DNA from: Occultella glacieicola | GTDB taxonomy: Bacteria > Actinomycetota > Actinomycetes > Actinomycetales > Beutenbergiaceae | Assembly: GCF_004353825.1 (NCBI RefSeq) | Contig: NZ_SMNA01000004.1 | Location: 372,001 to 436,000, forward strand | Direction: 5' to 3' | DNA length: 64,000 nt | Shown: piece after piece, positions 41,844 to 52,016 of the stretch | Numbering within the stretch: position 1 is the first letter of the stretch | Layout: each line of letters begins with the position of its first letter | Position numbers and translations under genes: made by a program | The notes under the pieces: model-generated | Told to the model about the DNA's origin: nothing | What the model saw: the letters and a program-made list of their open reading frames with translations, nothing else | Databases searched by the model: none

Positions 41844-42779
41844 GTGAGCGACGAGATCCTCGAGGCCACCCCCGAGCAGGTCGTGGCCGTGATCGAGCAG
41901 ATGGTGGACCTGCCGTGGCCCGACGGCGACGACTGGCTCGAGTGGGAGCTCGACGGGATCGAGGGGCAGACCAGCTGGCTCGCGCACCTGCTGCCGCTGG
42001 CGGCCACCACCGACGCGGCGGCCCTGGCGGCGTTCACCTCGGCCCTCACCACAGTTGCCAACCGGCGCTGGGGTGCGCGCCGTCGCTTCGACGCGACCCG
42101 CTTCACCGACGGCAAGGACACGGCCCCGTCGGATTACGACCGGCGCAGCGCACCGGCGGGCCTGGTGCGATCCCTCGGCGCCGACACCGCCTCGTGGTGG
42201 CCGCTCGGCAGCGACGCGGTGGTCCTCATCGACGGGTCGCGGGCCGCGGCGGAGCAGAAAAAGGCCGCCGTGCTCGTGCTCCCGGCGCAATGGCTGGCCG
42301 GGCCGGGCGCCGAGGAGGAGGCGCTGCGGTCCCCGCTCGTCGAGGACTTCCTCTCCGGCGAGCAGTCCCGCATCCTGCACGCGGTGTGGGCGGTCGTCGA
42401 GACCCGCGATCCCGAGATCCTCGCGCCGTTGGCGCTGGCGTTGCCCGCCCTGGAGAAGGCGACCGCGAAGGTCGACCTCGGCGGCATGCTCATCTCCAAC
42501 AACGCCAACCTTGACCACGCCTTCCACCGGATCGACCTCTTCCGCACCGGCGCGTGCCTGTGCGCGGCCTACCCCTCGCACCAGCGCTACGACGTCGAGA
42601 ACGAGGAACGCCAGGGGCACATCCGGGTCGTGGACACGGTCCCGAACGAGCGGCAGTGGGAGCCGGACCGCATCTGCGAGTGTCGCGACTGCGGCAAGCG
42701 GTTCCAGGTCGAACAGGGGGAGTACCACTACACCTGGTGGAAGTGGACCGTGGCGCCCGCCCGCCCTCGACGCTCCTAG
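41844..42779 (+). CDS. Hypothetical protein with Cys-rich C-terminus
   Basis: SD GGAG before GTG 41844; CLC...CECRDCG...YHYTWWKW. Confidence 0.65.
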   Translation: MSDEILEATPEQVVAVIEQMVDLPWPDGDDWLEWELDGIEGQTSWLAHLLPLAATTDAAALAAFTSALTTVANRRWGARRRFDATRFTDGKDTAPSDYDRRSAPAGLVRSLGADTASWWPLGSDAVVLIDGSRAAAEQKKAAVLVLPAQWLAGPGAEEEALRSPLVEDFLSGEQSRILHAVWAVVETRDPEILAPLALALPALEKATAKVDLGGMLISNNANLDHAFHRIDLFRTGACLCAAYPSHQRYDVENEERQGHIRVVDTVPNERQWEPDRICECRDCGKRFQVEQGEYHYTWWKWTVAPARPRRS

Positions 42780-42785
42780 CAGCGA

Positions 42786-42955
42786 TGGACCCGAGCCGCC
42801 CGTCGCGGCCCGGGTCCACCGGTTCTGGGGAGGGCGGTCGGCCCTGCGCGATGTCCACACGACCCGACAGGAACGAGTCGTGCAACTCGAACGGTGCCCG
42901 GGACGGTGTCGGCCGGCGGGGCCACCTTCCGCGTCACGGTCACCCCAGCGTCGCG
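42786..42955 (+). repeat. Degenerate collapsed copy of 49192-49322 joined to 51440-51480
   Basis: Shared GGACCCGAGCCGCCCGTCGCGGCCCGGGTCCACC, GACAGGAACGAGTCGTGCAACTCGA and GCCACCTTCCGCGTCACGGTCACCC. Confidence 0.85.
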
Positions 42956-43211
42956 GCGGGGCGTGCTGGAGGGGGCACTCAGGTACTCGAGGTCACCGTC
43001 GGACGGGCATCCCCGCAAACGCACCCGGCCGACCTCGTCGGCCGGCTGGCGCGGGCGTCGCGAAAGGACGCGGAGGCCTGACGGCTCCGCCTGGTCATCA
43101 GGCGAGGAACGGCCCATGGTGCTCGGCGGACCGGACGCAGGTCTGAGTCTGGGCCGCGCACCACTCGCGAGCGCACTGGGCCGACCGAGATCGACGTGCC
43201 ACGATGGCGAC

Positions 43212-44321
43212 ATGCCCGCCACGATGCGCGACGTCGCGAAGCTCGCCGGGGTGTCGGTGAAGACGGTCTCGAACGTCGTCGCCGACACCTACCCCTACAT
43301 CCGCCCCGAGACGCGCGCGCGGGTGGAAGCCGCGATGGAGGAGCTCGGCTATCGCCTCAACGTCACCGCCCGCAAACTGCGCACGAACCGCACCAACCTC
43401 ATCGGTCTCGCCCTGCCGGAGCTGCGGCTGCCGTACTTCGCCGAGCTCGCCGACGAGGTGATCCGCAAGGCCGCGGAGGTCGGGCTCAAGGTGATCGTCG
43501 AGCAGGTGGAGGCCTCCGAGCACGTGGCGGTCGAGAGCCTGGTCGGCTCGCACACCCACCTCGTGGACGGGGCGATCGTGGCGCCGGTGGGGCACGGTGA
43601 CGTCCTCTCGAGGTCCACTCCGCCCGGCTTCCCGGTGGTCGTGCTCGGCGACCACCGGATCCGGGACGACGTGGACCAGGTGTTCCTCGCCAACGCCCGC
43701 GGCGCCGAGCTCGTCGTCGAGCACCTCGTCTCGCGGGGCGCTCGCCGGATCGTGGCACTCGGCGCGGACCGGGGCACGTCGGTCGGGACGGCGGGGGAGC
43801 GCACACGGGGATACCTGAGCACCCTGGCGCGGCACGAGATCGAACCGGACGACCAGCTCATCCGGCCCACCGACGGGTGGAGCAAGGCGGACGGCGCCGC
43901 GGCGGTCCGGGACCTGGCCGCCGAGGGCGTCGAGTTCGACGCCGTCTTCGGCTTCAACGACACCCTCGCCCTCGGGGCGCTGGCCGAGTTGCTCCGCAGC
44001 GGCCGCCGGGTGCCCGATGACGTGCAGGTGATGGGCTTCGACGATATCGAGGACGCCCAGTACAGCGTCCCCGCACTGAGCACCGTGGCCGTGGACCGCG
44101 CCCAACTGGCCGAGCTGGCGGTGAGCATCCTCGTTCGCAGGCTGCGGACCGAAGACGGTGGCGCCGGTCCGGCGCGCGACGAGGGGGGCGACGGCGCACC
44201 TCGCCTCGACGGGGTGGCGTCCGTCGGGGAGGGCGTTCGTGCGGGCGAGGCCGCGGAATCCGCCGCCCGTGACGCCATCGAGGTGCCCCCACGCCTGGTG
44301 CTGCGCGACTCCACCAGATGA
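43212..44321 (+). CDS. LacI-family regulator
   Basis: TMRDVAKLAGVSVKTVSNV, NDTLALG, GFDDI, PALSTV. Confidence 0.93.
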   Translation: MPATMRDVAKLAGVSVKTVSNVVADTYPYIRPETRARVEAAMEELGYRLNVTARKLRTNRTNLIGLALPELRLPYFAELADEVIRKAAEVGLKVIVEQVEASEHVAVESLVGSHTHLVDGAIVAPVGHGDVLSRSTPPGFPVVVLGDHRIRDDVDQVFLANARGAELVVEHLVSRGARRIVALGADRGTSVGTAGERTRGYLSTLARHEIEPDDQLIRPTDGWSKADGAAAVRDLAAEGVEFDAVFGFNDTLALGALAELLRSGRRVPDDVQVMGFDDIEDAQYSVPALSTVAVDRAQLAELAVSILVRRLRTEDGGAGPARDEGGDGAPRLDGVASVGEGVRAGEAAESAARDAIEVPPRLVLRDSTR

Positions 44322-44327
44322 CGGGGA

Positions 44328-44380
44328 TTGACCCGGCCCACGCGATGCGCATATTCTCGTAGTACAACGGTGTACTACGA
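44328..44380 (+). promoter_or_regulatory. Promoter (TTGACC-18-TATTCT) with 24-bp LacI-type palindrome
   Basis: TCGTAGTACAACGGTGTACTACGA at 44357-44380. Confidence 0.75.
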
Positions 44381-44514
44381 GTTTGACGGAGGGTGATGAA
44401 CGCGATGCTGCGTCCAGACGTCATGACCCGCCCGCGTAGTGCGATCCCCAGGGAGTTGATCGCGACCGCCGTTCGCTGACCCGGAGGCCAACTCTCCGAT
44501 TCCTGAATCACGCC

Positions 44515-44534
44515 GTAATACACCGATGTACTAC
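44515..44534. promoter_or_regulatory. Second LacI-type operator
   Basis: GTAATACACCGATGTACTAC, same family as the 44357 site. Confidence 0.65.
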
Positions 44535-44558
44535 CGCAGATCCCCGAAGGAGAATCAG

Positions 44559-45851
44559 ATGTCCACCACCCCACAGCGGCGCCGCCACGGAGTGCTGATC
44601 ACCGCCGCCGTCGCCCTCACGCTCGCCGCCTGCTCCGCCGGTGCCGGCTCCGGCGACGACAGCGATGGCGGTGACGGCGGCACCACCGCCGTCACCGTCT
44701 GGCACGGCTTCACCGAGGCCGACGGTGACGTGGTCGCCCAGCTCGCGGAGGACTTCAACGCCTCCCAGGACGACTACGAGGTCACCATCGAGGTCAATCC
44801 GTGGAACGTCATCACGGACAAGCTGCTCCCGGCCATCTCGGCCGGGAACGGCCCGGACGTCGTGGTCCAACCCGCCGACGCGGGTGAGGGCTACGTGAAC
44901 CAGGGCGTCTTCGTCCCGATGGACGACTTCTACGCCGATCCGGAGAACGAGACCGACACCTACTACCCGCACGTGGTCGATTACGGCACGTTCGACGGCA
45001 CCCACTACGGCGTCCCGATGGCCTACGGCCCGTTCTCCGTCTGGTACAACACCGAGATGTTCGCCGCGGCGGGCATCACCCAGGAGAACCTGCCGACCAC
45101 CTGGGAGGAGTGGATCGCCGTCGCCGAGCAACTCACCGTGGACGAGAACGGTGACGGCACGCCGGAGATCTACGGACTCGCCCTCGCCGACGCCGACGCC
45201 AGCTTCCTGCCGAGCTTCATCCAGGCCGGCGGCGGCTCGGTCTACACCGACGGCGAGGTCACCCTGGACACGCCGCAGAACGTCGAGACCATGCAGTGGT
45301 GGCAGGACGCCTACGAGGGCGGCTGGGGCCCGACCAACGTCGACCTGCCCGAGGCGGTCGACCTGTTCAAGGCCGGCAAGGCGGCGATGACTGTGATCGG
45401 CCCCTGGATCATCACCGGCGCCGAGAGTGTCGGCCTGGACATCGACGTCTTCGAGATGCCGGCCGGTCCCGACGGCATCGTCACGCAGGCCGCCGCGAAC
45501 TACTGGTGGCTGACGTCCCAGGCGGACGAAGGGGCCACCGCCGGGGCGGAGGCCTTCCTGCGGTACTACAACTCGCACGACTCCCAGGTGCTCTGGGCCG
45601 AGCAGTCCTTCTACCCGCCGAACCGGACCGACGTCACCGCGGACGAGATCGCCGATACCCCGTTCGTCGGCACGATGATCGCCCACACCGAGAACGCCTA
45701 CATCCGGCTGTACGGCCTGCCCGGTGGTCTCACCGACGTCAACGCCGAGCTCTCCACGCTGAACACCACGGTCAGCCAGGGCGGCGACCTGGCCTCCGCC
45801 ACCACGGAGACCGCGGCAGCGATCACCGAGATCCTCTCCCGGTTCGAGTGA
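44559..45851 (+). CDS. Sugar ABC transporter substrate-binding lipoprotein
   Basis: SD GAAGGAG, lipobox LAAC, VWHGFT, WYNTEMF, PTTWEE. Confidence 0.92.
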   Translation: MSTTPQRRRHGVLITAAVALTLAACSAGAGSGDDSDGGDGGTTAVTVWHGFTEADGDVVAQLAEDFNASQDDYEVTIEVNPWNVITDKLLPAISAGNGPDVVVQPADAGEGYVNQGVFVPMDDFYADPENETDTYYPHVVDYGTFDGTHYGVPMAYGPFSVWYNTEMFAAAGITQENLPTTWEEWIAVAEQLTVDENGDGTPEIYGLALADADASFLPSFIQAGGGSVYTDGEVTLDTPQNVETMQWWQDAYEGGWGPTNVDLPEAVDLFKAGKAAMTVIGPWIITGAESVGLDIDVFEMPAGPDGIVTQAAANYWWLTSQADEGATAGAEAFLRYYNSHDSQVLWAEQSFYPPNRTDVTADEIADTPFVGTMIAHTENAYIRLYGLPGGLTDVNAELSTLNTTVSQGGDLASATTETAAAITEILSRFE

Positions 45852-45924
45852 CCCCAGCCCCATCCCAGGCGCCGGGCCGGCGAGCGCGACCGGCCCGGCA
45901 CCCGGGGCCACCTTTGGAGACCTC

Positions 45925-46893
45925 ATGACCAGCACTGCTGCCGGCCCTGCCTACCGGGCGCCCAGACGTCTCGGCGGCGGCGGCCGCCGCCCGGACAACT
46001 CCCGCCAGATCGCCACGCGCGAGCGGAGCCGGACGCTTCGGGCGACGGCGTTCCTCGCCCCCGCCGTCGCCGTGATCGTCGCGTTCGTGTTCGTCCCGGC
46101 GATCGTCGCGCTGCGGCTGTCCTTCACCGATGCCAGCGGGTTCGGCGAGGCGTCGTGGATCGGACTGGACAACTACGCCACCGTCTTCACGGACCCGGCC
46201 ACCGTCCGCGCGATCGCGAACACCGTGCTCTACGCGGCGATGTACGGACCGCTCGTGATCGCCGTCGGGCTCGGCGCCGCCCTCCTGCTGAACCGCCGGG
46301 ACGTGCCGCTGCGCGGGTTCTTCCGCACGATCATCTTCCTGCCGTTCGTCATCTCGATGGCGGTCGCCTCCCTCGCCTGGGCGTTCCTGCTCGACCCCAA
46401 CCTCGGGCTGATCCCGTACTGGCTCGGCGGGCTCGGGATCCGCATGGGTGACGTGTTCGCGTCCACGACGTGGGCGCTGCCCGCCGTGACCGCGGTGGCG
46501 ATCTGGAAGAACTTCGGGTACTTCATGGTGATCTTCCTGGCCGGGCTGCAGGGGATCCCGCGCTACCTCTACGAGGCCGCGATCCTCGACGGCGCAGGTG
46601 CTTGGCGCCGGTTCCGCGCGGTCACGCTGCCGGGTCTGCGCGCGACGATGACGTTCGTCATCGTGTTCGCGATCATCGGCGCCTTCCAGGCGTTCGACCA
46701 GATCTACATCATGACCCAGGGCGGCCCGGACCGGGCCACCGAGACGATCGTCTACCGGATCTACACCGACGGGTTCCGTGACTTCCGGATGGGCTTCGCG
46801 TCCGCGCTCTCCTACGTGCTGCTCGCGATCACCCTGCTGCTCGGGCTGATCCAGCTCCGGGTCGGCACCAAGCGTGAGCGGGACCTGGAGTGA
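45925..46893 (+). CDS. Carbohydrate ABC transporter permease
   Basis: GLDNY, YEAAILDGAG, TQGGP. Confidence 0.92.
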   Translation: MTSTAAGPAYRAPRRLGGGGRRPDNSRQIATRERSRTLRATAFLAPAVAVIVAFVFVPAIVALRLSFTDASGFGEASWIGLDNYATVFTDPATVRAIANTVLYAAMYGPLVIAVGLGAALLLNRRDVPLRGFFRTIIFLPFVISMAVASLAWAFLLDPNLGLIPYWLGGLGIRMGDVFASTTWALPAVTAVAIWKNFGYFMVIFLAGLQGIPRYLYEAAILDGAGAWRRFRAVTLPGLRATMTFVIVFAIIGAFQAFDQIYIMTQGGPDRATETIVYRIYTDGFRDFRMGFASALSYVLLAITLLLGLIQLRVGTKRERDLE

Positions 46894-47807
46894 GCGCCAT
46901 GACCACCACCACGAGGCCGTCCACCCGGGCGAGCGAACCGGCACCACGTCCTCCTCGCCGAGCCCGCGGCGGCACCCGGGCCACCCGCGTGCTGCGCCAG
47001 TCCGGGGTGGTCGCCGGCCTCCTGGTCTTCGCCGCGCTCACGTCCTTCCCGGTGCTCGTGGTGGTGCTCGGAGCGTTCTCCCCGGAGTCCGAGGTGCTCT
47101 CCTGGCCGCCGAACTTCCTGCCGTCGCGGTTCACCCTGGACAACTTCGACGGCCTGGCCGCGCGGATCCCGATCGCCCTGCAGTCCTGGAACTCGCTCGT
47201 GTTCGCCGGCGTGGTCACCGCCTCCGCCCTGGTGCTGAACTCGCTCGCCGCCTACGCCCTCGCCCGGATCGAGTTCCGCGGCAGGATCGCCGTCTTCACG
47301 GTGCTCATCGCGATCATGATGGTTCCGTTCCAGGCGCTGCTGGTGCCGATCTACCAGATGGTCTCCGCGCTCGGCTGGGTGAACACGCTGGCCGGCCTGG
47401 TGATCCCGCGAGCCGCCGACGTCGCCGGGATCTTCCTGCTCCGGCAGTTCTTCATCACGCTCCCACGCGACTTGGACTCCGCCGCCCGGATCGACGGCGC
47501 CGGCGAGCTGCGGGTCTTCTGGTCGGTCATCCTGCCGAACGCGAAACCAGCGCTGCTGACGATGGCGTTGTTCCATTTCGTCGGGAACTGGAACGACCTG
47601 CTCTGGCCCCTGATCATGACGAGCGACTCCAGCGTCCGCCCGCTCACCGCCGGCCTCGCGCTGCTCACCGGCTCCGCGACCGGCGTGGCCCCGTACGGGG
47701 TGATGATGGCCGGCTCGCTGGTCGCCATTCTGCCGCTCGTCGTCCTCTACCTCCTCGTTCAGCGCCGCTTCATCGAGGGCGTCGCGATGACCGGGATGAA
47801 GGGCTGA
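46890..47807 (+). CDS. Carbohydrate ABC transporter permease
   Basis: AAYALARIEF, SAARIDGAGE, WNDLLWPL. Confidence 0.92.
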   Translation: MSAMTTTTRPSTRASEPAPRPPRRARGGTRATRVLRQSGVVAGLLVFAALTSFPVLVVVLGAFSPESEVLSWPPNFLPSRFTLDNFDGLAARIPIALQSWNSLVFAGVVTASALVLNSLAAYALARIEFRGRIAVFTVLIAIMMVPFQALLVPIYQMVSALGWVNTLAGLVIPRAADVAGIFLLRQFFITLPRDLDSAARIDGAGELRVFWSVILPNAKPALLTMALFHFVGNWNDLLWPLIMTSDSSVRPLTAGLALLTGSATGVAPYGVMMAGSLVAILPLVVLYLLVQRRFIEGVAMTGMKG

Positions 47808-47884
47808 ACGATCTGCACCCGGGTGCGCTCCGCCGTCGCCCGGCGCCTGTCACCACCACGACCGAACGACGTAAGGATCAACCG

Positions 47885-49138
47885 ATGACCTGGTTCCAGG
47901 ACGGCCGACTGCACTTCGGAGTCGGCGTCGAAGACACGTTCGTGCCGCAGACCCGCGAGGGTGAGCGAGCGCTGGACGAGTACGACCTCACCGAGCACTA
48001 CGAGCACTGGCACGCCGACCTCGGCCTCGCTGCCGAGGTGGGTGCCGAGTTCATGCGCTGGGGGATCCCCTGGTACCGGATCAACCCCGAGCCCGGCCGG
48101 TGGGACTGGAGCTGGCTGGACGCCGTGATGGCCCGGTTCGCCGAGCTGGGGATCCGGCCGATCGTGGACCTGCTGCACTACGGCACCCCGCAGTGGCTGG
48201 AGGGGGAGTTCGCCCACCCCGACTACCCGCAGCACGCCGCCGAGTACGCGGTCGCGGTCGCCGAACGCTACGCCGATACGGTCACCGATTACACGCCCGT
48301 CAACGAGCCGATGATCCACGCCCGGTTCTGCGGCGAACTCGGCTACTGGCCGCCGTACCTGACCGGCGAGGACGGGCTCACCGCTCTGATCGCCGCGGTC
48401 GCGGACGGGTTCGTGCGCAGCCAGCACGGCATCGCCGAGGTGCTCGGCGACCGAGCCACGTTCGTCCACGTCGACGCGACCACCCGGGTCGTCGGGGCGG
48501 TGGACGGCGAGCACGCGGAGAAGGTGCGCCTGCTCCGAAACCAGGCCTTCGCCGTCGAGGATCTCGTCACCGGGAAGGTACGTGACGGGCACCCGCTGCT
48601 GGAGCACCTGCTCCGGCACGGGATGGGCGAGGACCTGCTCGCCCAGCTCGCCGCGGACCCCGTCGCCCCGGACGTGATGGGCGTCAACTACTACCCGAGG
48701 CACTCGACGACCCTCGTCGAGGACGGCCCGTGGCCGGCGGGCGGGTTCGTGGAACCCTCACCGATCCGGGACGACGGCGTCACCGGCCTCGAGGACGTGA
48801 TCCGCACCTACGCGGCGCGTTACGGCGCGCCGGTCGCGCTCACCGAGACGTGCGTCACCGCGTCCGAGGCCGAGCGCATCGCGTGGCTGGAGGACTCCGT
48901 GGCGCTCGCGCACCGCCTGCGCGCCGACGGCGTCCCCCTGGTCGGGTACACGTGGTGGCCCCTGTTCGACATGTACGAGTGGACCTACCGGCACGCGGAC
49001 ACGCCGCGCGAGGAGTCGTTGCTCACCATGGGGCTGTGGGACCTGGTGGAGTCGCCGTCGGGCCTGCTGCGGCGCCGCAACAGCGTTGCGGACGCGTTCG
49101 CGCGGCTGGCCACCGCCGATCGCGCACGCGTGCGCTGA
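47885..49138 (+). CDS. Glycoside hydrolase family 1 (beta-glycosidase)
   Basis: RWGIPWYRI, DLLHYGTP, VNEP acid/base, GVNYY, LTET nucleophile, GYTWW. Confidence 0.88.
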   Translation: MTWFQDGRLHFGVGVEDTFVPQTREGERALDEYDLTEHYEHWHADLGLAAEVGAEFMRWGIPWYRINPEPGRWDWSWLDAVMARFAELGIRPIVDLLHYGTPQWLEGEFAHPDYPQHAAEYAVAVAERYADTVTDYTPVNEPMIHARFCGELGYWPPYLTGEDGLTALIAAVADGFVRSQHGIAEVLGDRATFVHVDATTRVVGAVDGEHAEKVRLLRNQAFAVEDLVTGKVRDGHPLLEHLLRHGMGEDLLAQLAADPVAPDVMGVNYYPRHSTTLVEDGPWPAGGFVEPSPIRDDGVTGLEDVIRTYAARYGAPVALTETCVTASEAERIAWLEDSVALAHRLRADGVPLVGYTWWPLFDMYEWTYRHADTPREESLLTMGLWDLVESPSGLLRRRNSVADAFARLATADRARVR

Positions 49139-49188
49139 TCGTCCACCCTGGCGCCGGAGCGGGCCGCGCGCTCGGCCCCGCACGACGG

Positions 49189-49227
49189 CGGTGGACCCGA
49201 GCCGCCCGTCGCGGCCCGGGTCCACCG
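49189..49227. terminator. GC-rich hairpin between convergent genes
   Basis: CGGTGGACCCG-A-GCCGC / GCGGC-C-CGGGTCCACCG. Confidence 0.7.
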
Positions 49228-49244
49228 GTCTCTTCCGTGGGCGG

Positions 49245-50102
49245 TCAGCCCAGCGCGACCTCCACACCACCGGACAGGAACGAGTCGTGCAACTCGAGCG
49301 TGGTCGGGACGGCGTCGGCCGGGATGTCGAAGACGATCGTGCCCTCGACGGTGTTGCCCGGGTTGATCTCGGTGAAGAACGTGTCGTTGCCCTCGATCCA
49401 GATCCCGGCGGCGGAGTTCGCGGCGAACTCGCGCCCGGCGGCGTCGAACATCTGCTGGTCGCTGTCGGAGAAGTACTGCGGCGCCTCGCCGATGTTCGTC
49501 ACGGTCAGGTGCACCAGCACGAACTGGCCCTGCGCCTGCTCGTTGAAGTACTCGCTGCCGACCTCGCTGACGCCGGCCTCGATGCCGGTCACGACGAACT
49601 CGAACTTGCCGTCCCGCACGGCGGTGCCGATGCCGGGCGCCGCCTCTACCGCGGGCTCGACGGCGGCCGGTTCCGTCGCGGCGGGTGCGGCCGGCTCGGT
49701 GGCGTCCCCTGCGGGTTCGGCCGGTTCGGCGGCGGCAGCGTCGGCCTCGTCGGCCGTGGGTGCCTGTGTGGTCGGCGCGCCGGTGTCGGTGGCCCCGCCG
49801 CTGGTGTCGCCGCCGCCGTTCACGGCGCCGATCACGATGCCGAGCAGCACCACGGCGCCGATCCCGGTCAGGATCTTGTGCCGCGCGAACCAGCTGCGCT
49901 TCGTCGGCTCGACCGGCGGCGGGACCGGCGCGCCGGAGCCGTACCCGCCCGGACCGACCGGGCCGTACCCGCCCGGCCCCTGACCGGCGGGACCGTACCC
50001 GCCCGGCTGCGCTCCGCCGTCGGGCGTTGAATAATGGACGGCCCCCTGCGGGGCGTAGGGCTGCTGGGGCGGCGTCTGGCCGCCGTGGTCGTTGGTGCTC
50101 AT
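49245..50102 (-). CDS. DUF4352-domain membrane-anchored protein
   Basis: Pro/Gly-rich N-term, WFARHKILT + TM helix, VRDGKFEFVVT, INPGNTVEGTIVFDIP, LHDSFLSGG. Confidence 0.85.
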   Translation of the reverse strand: MSTNDHGGQTPPQQPYAPQGAVHYSTPDGGAQPGGYGPAGQGPGGYGPVGPGGYGSGAPVPPPVEPTKRSWFARHKILTGIGAVVLLGIVIGAVNGGGDTSGGATDTGAPTTQAPTADEADAAAAEPAEPAGDATEPAAPAATEPAAVEPAVEAAPGIGTAVRDGKFEFVVTGIEAGVSEVGSEYFNEQAQGQFVLVHLTVTNIGEAPQYFSDSDQQMFDAAGREFAANSAAGIWIEGNDTFFTEINPGNTVEGTIVFDIPADAVPTTLELHDSFLSGGVEVALG

Positions 50103-50162
50103 CGGAACCTCCAGGTTCGGGGAATGACCCCAGCCAACGCCGTCGGGCCGCACCGGCACATC

Positions 50163-50226
50163 GGCCGATCGCCTGGAGCCGGCTGGCCGATCGGGGGAGG
50201 GCCCAGTGGCTGGATCTGGCCGATCG
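50163..50226 (+). promoter_or_regulatory. Three in-phase GGCCGATCG direct repeats (putative response-regulator sites)
   Basis: Copies at 50163, 50185, 50218 (spacing 22 and 33 bp) between divergent genes. Confidence 0.55.
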
Positions 50227-50267
50227 ATGGTGCCCGGATGTCGGCGCCGAACCCTACGGTGCGAGGT

Positions 50268-51494
50268 ATGAGCGAGATGGCAGTCGGCGCGCGGCGTCCG
50301 CCGGTGTGGCGGACGGTGCTGCTCATCGCCGTGTGCATGTTCGCCTCGCTCACCTCGGCGGTGTTCTCCGAGTGGGGGCAGTCGTCGGGACAGAACGCGC
50401 TCGCGGCCTTCGGGGTCATCCTGATCGCCCCCGCGGTGCCGCTCGTGCTGCTGTGGCGACATCGTGCGCCGATGACGGTGGCCCTCGTGGCGGCCGGCTT
50501 GGCGATCCTGGTGCCGATCGGCGCGTCGACGGCACTCGTGGCCCTCGCCTCGCTGATCGCGCGCCGAAGCGGCAGGCGCGTGTGGTACGTGGCCGGCGCG
50601 GTCGCTCTGGCGCTGACCGTCACGGCGATCCGCGACCTGCTCGCCGAGACGATGGCGGAGTCGTTCCTGAAGACCCTCCTGGGCCCGTTGGATGCCCCGC
50701 CCACCACGGCGGTCACGCTGTCCTGGTGGGTGGTGCCGATCGCCGTGGCGGTCGCGCTGGTGCCCGCGATCGGGATCGGGCTCCTGCTCCGGGCCCGCCG
50801 AGCGTCCCGGGCAGCGGAGGAACGCGCCCAGGTCGCCGGGCAGCGGACCGAGCAACTCGGCGACGAGCTCGCCCGGCAGGTCGAGCGCGAGCGGATCGCC
50901 CGCGAGGTGCACGACGTGCTCGGCCACCGCCTCTCCCTGCTCAACCTGCACGCCGGGGCGCTCGAGGTGAACGCCCAGGAGAACGACGACCTCGCCCGCA
51001 GCGCCGCGCTCGTGCGCTCCAGCGCCGGCCAGTCCGTGGAGGACCTGCGCTCACTGCTGTCCGTGCTGCGTCAGGACCCCGGCGCCGACCACGGGCTGCC
51101 CGAGCCGTCCCTGGTGGACCTGCCAGGCGTGATCGACGAGACCGTTCGCACCGGCGTGCCCGTCAGCGCCACCGTCTACCTGGACCAGGCCGAGTCAGCG
51201 GACCCAACCTTGGCTCGCGCCGTCTACCGGATCGTGCAGGAGCTGCTCACGAACGCCCGCAAGCACGCACCCGGGCAGCAGATCCGCCTCGCCGTCACCG
51301 GCGGCCCGAGCAATGGCATCAGCATCGACGCCCGCAACCCCTACCGCCCGCCCGCCGGCGGGACGCCCGGCCGGGGCCTGCAGGGCATCGCCGAACGCGT
51401 CGAGCTGCTCGGCGGTCGCCTCCAATACGGGGTGGACGACGGCGGCGCCACCTTCCGCGTCACGGTCACCCTGCCGTGGCGGGAGGTCGGGTAG
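50268..51494 (+). CDS. NarL-type (HisKA_3) sensor histidine kinase
   Basis: TM helices; ERERIAREVHDVLGH, QELLTNARKHA, GRGLQGIAER. Confidence 0.92.
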   Translation: MSEMAVGARRPPVWRTVLLIAVCMFASLTSAVFSEWGQSSGQNALAAFGVILIAPAVPLVLLWRHRAPMTVALVAAGLAILVPIGASTALVALASLIARRSGRRVWYVAGAVALALTVTAIRDLLAETMAESFLKTLLGPLDAPPTTAVTLSWWVVPIAVAVALVPAIGIGLLLRARRASRAAEERAQVAGQRTEQLGDELARQVERERIAREVHDVLGHRLSLLNLHAGALEVNAQENDDLARSAALVRSSAGQSVEDLRSLLSVLRQDPGADHGLPEPSLVDLPGVIDETVRTGVPVSATVYLDQAESADPTLARAVYRIVQELLTNARKHAPGQQIRLAVTGGPSNGISIDARNPYRPPAGGTPGRGLQGIAERVELLGGRLQYGVDDGGATFRVTVTLPWREVG

Positions 51495-51637
51495 CGGAAG
51501 TCGCCACTCGCACAGCTATGGGCGGTGGTCGAGGCATCGATCGATGGCTGCGAGGATGTCACCGAAGCGCTCCGCACTGGACCGTGTCACAGGGCGACCG
51601 CGTCACGGTGGGCGCTCACCGCTACCTTGGTCGCGGA

Positions 51638-51883
51638 TCAGCTCTCGTCGGCGCGTCGATGCTTCTGCTCCTCGATCTCCTCGAACGTCCTGAGCATGCC
51701 CTCGAACCGACGCCAACTGCCATCGTCCGGACGCTTGCTGTCGAGCACCCGCTCGAGCGGCGCCGCGTGCTGTTCGCAGAGGTCGAACTGGACCGTCCGG
51801 CGGCGCTGCGTGATGCCGTAGCGCGCAGTCGACCGACCCAGTTGGCCGCACATGTCGCACACGGTGATGCTTACCTCAGCCAT
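51638..51883 (-). CDS. Small protein resembling an Lsr2-type dimerisation domain with CxxC..CxxH
   Basis: SD GGAGG; VCDMC...TVQFDLCEQHAAPL. Confidence 0.55.
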   Translation of the reverse strand: MAEVSITVCDMCGQLGRSTARYGITQRRRTVQFDLCEQHAAPLERVLDSKRPDDGSWRRFEGMLRTFEEIEEQKHRRADES

Positions 51884-52016
51884 CGATCAGCCCTCCAGGT
51901 GTCCTGTCCGACCGCCAAATGTAGCCGGGCGTCTGCTCGCCGTCTGGCACAACACCAAAGGTCCCAGGTGGTGGTCGTCGTGGTCGGTGACCAAAGCCGG
52001 ACCGTAGTCTGGCTGC

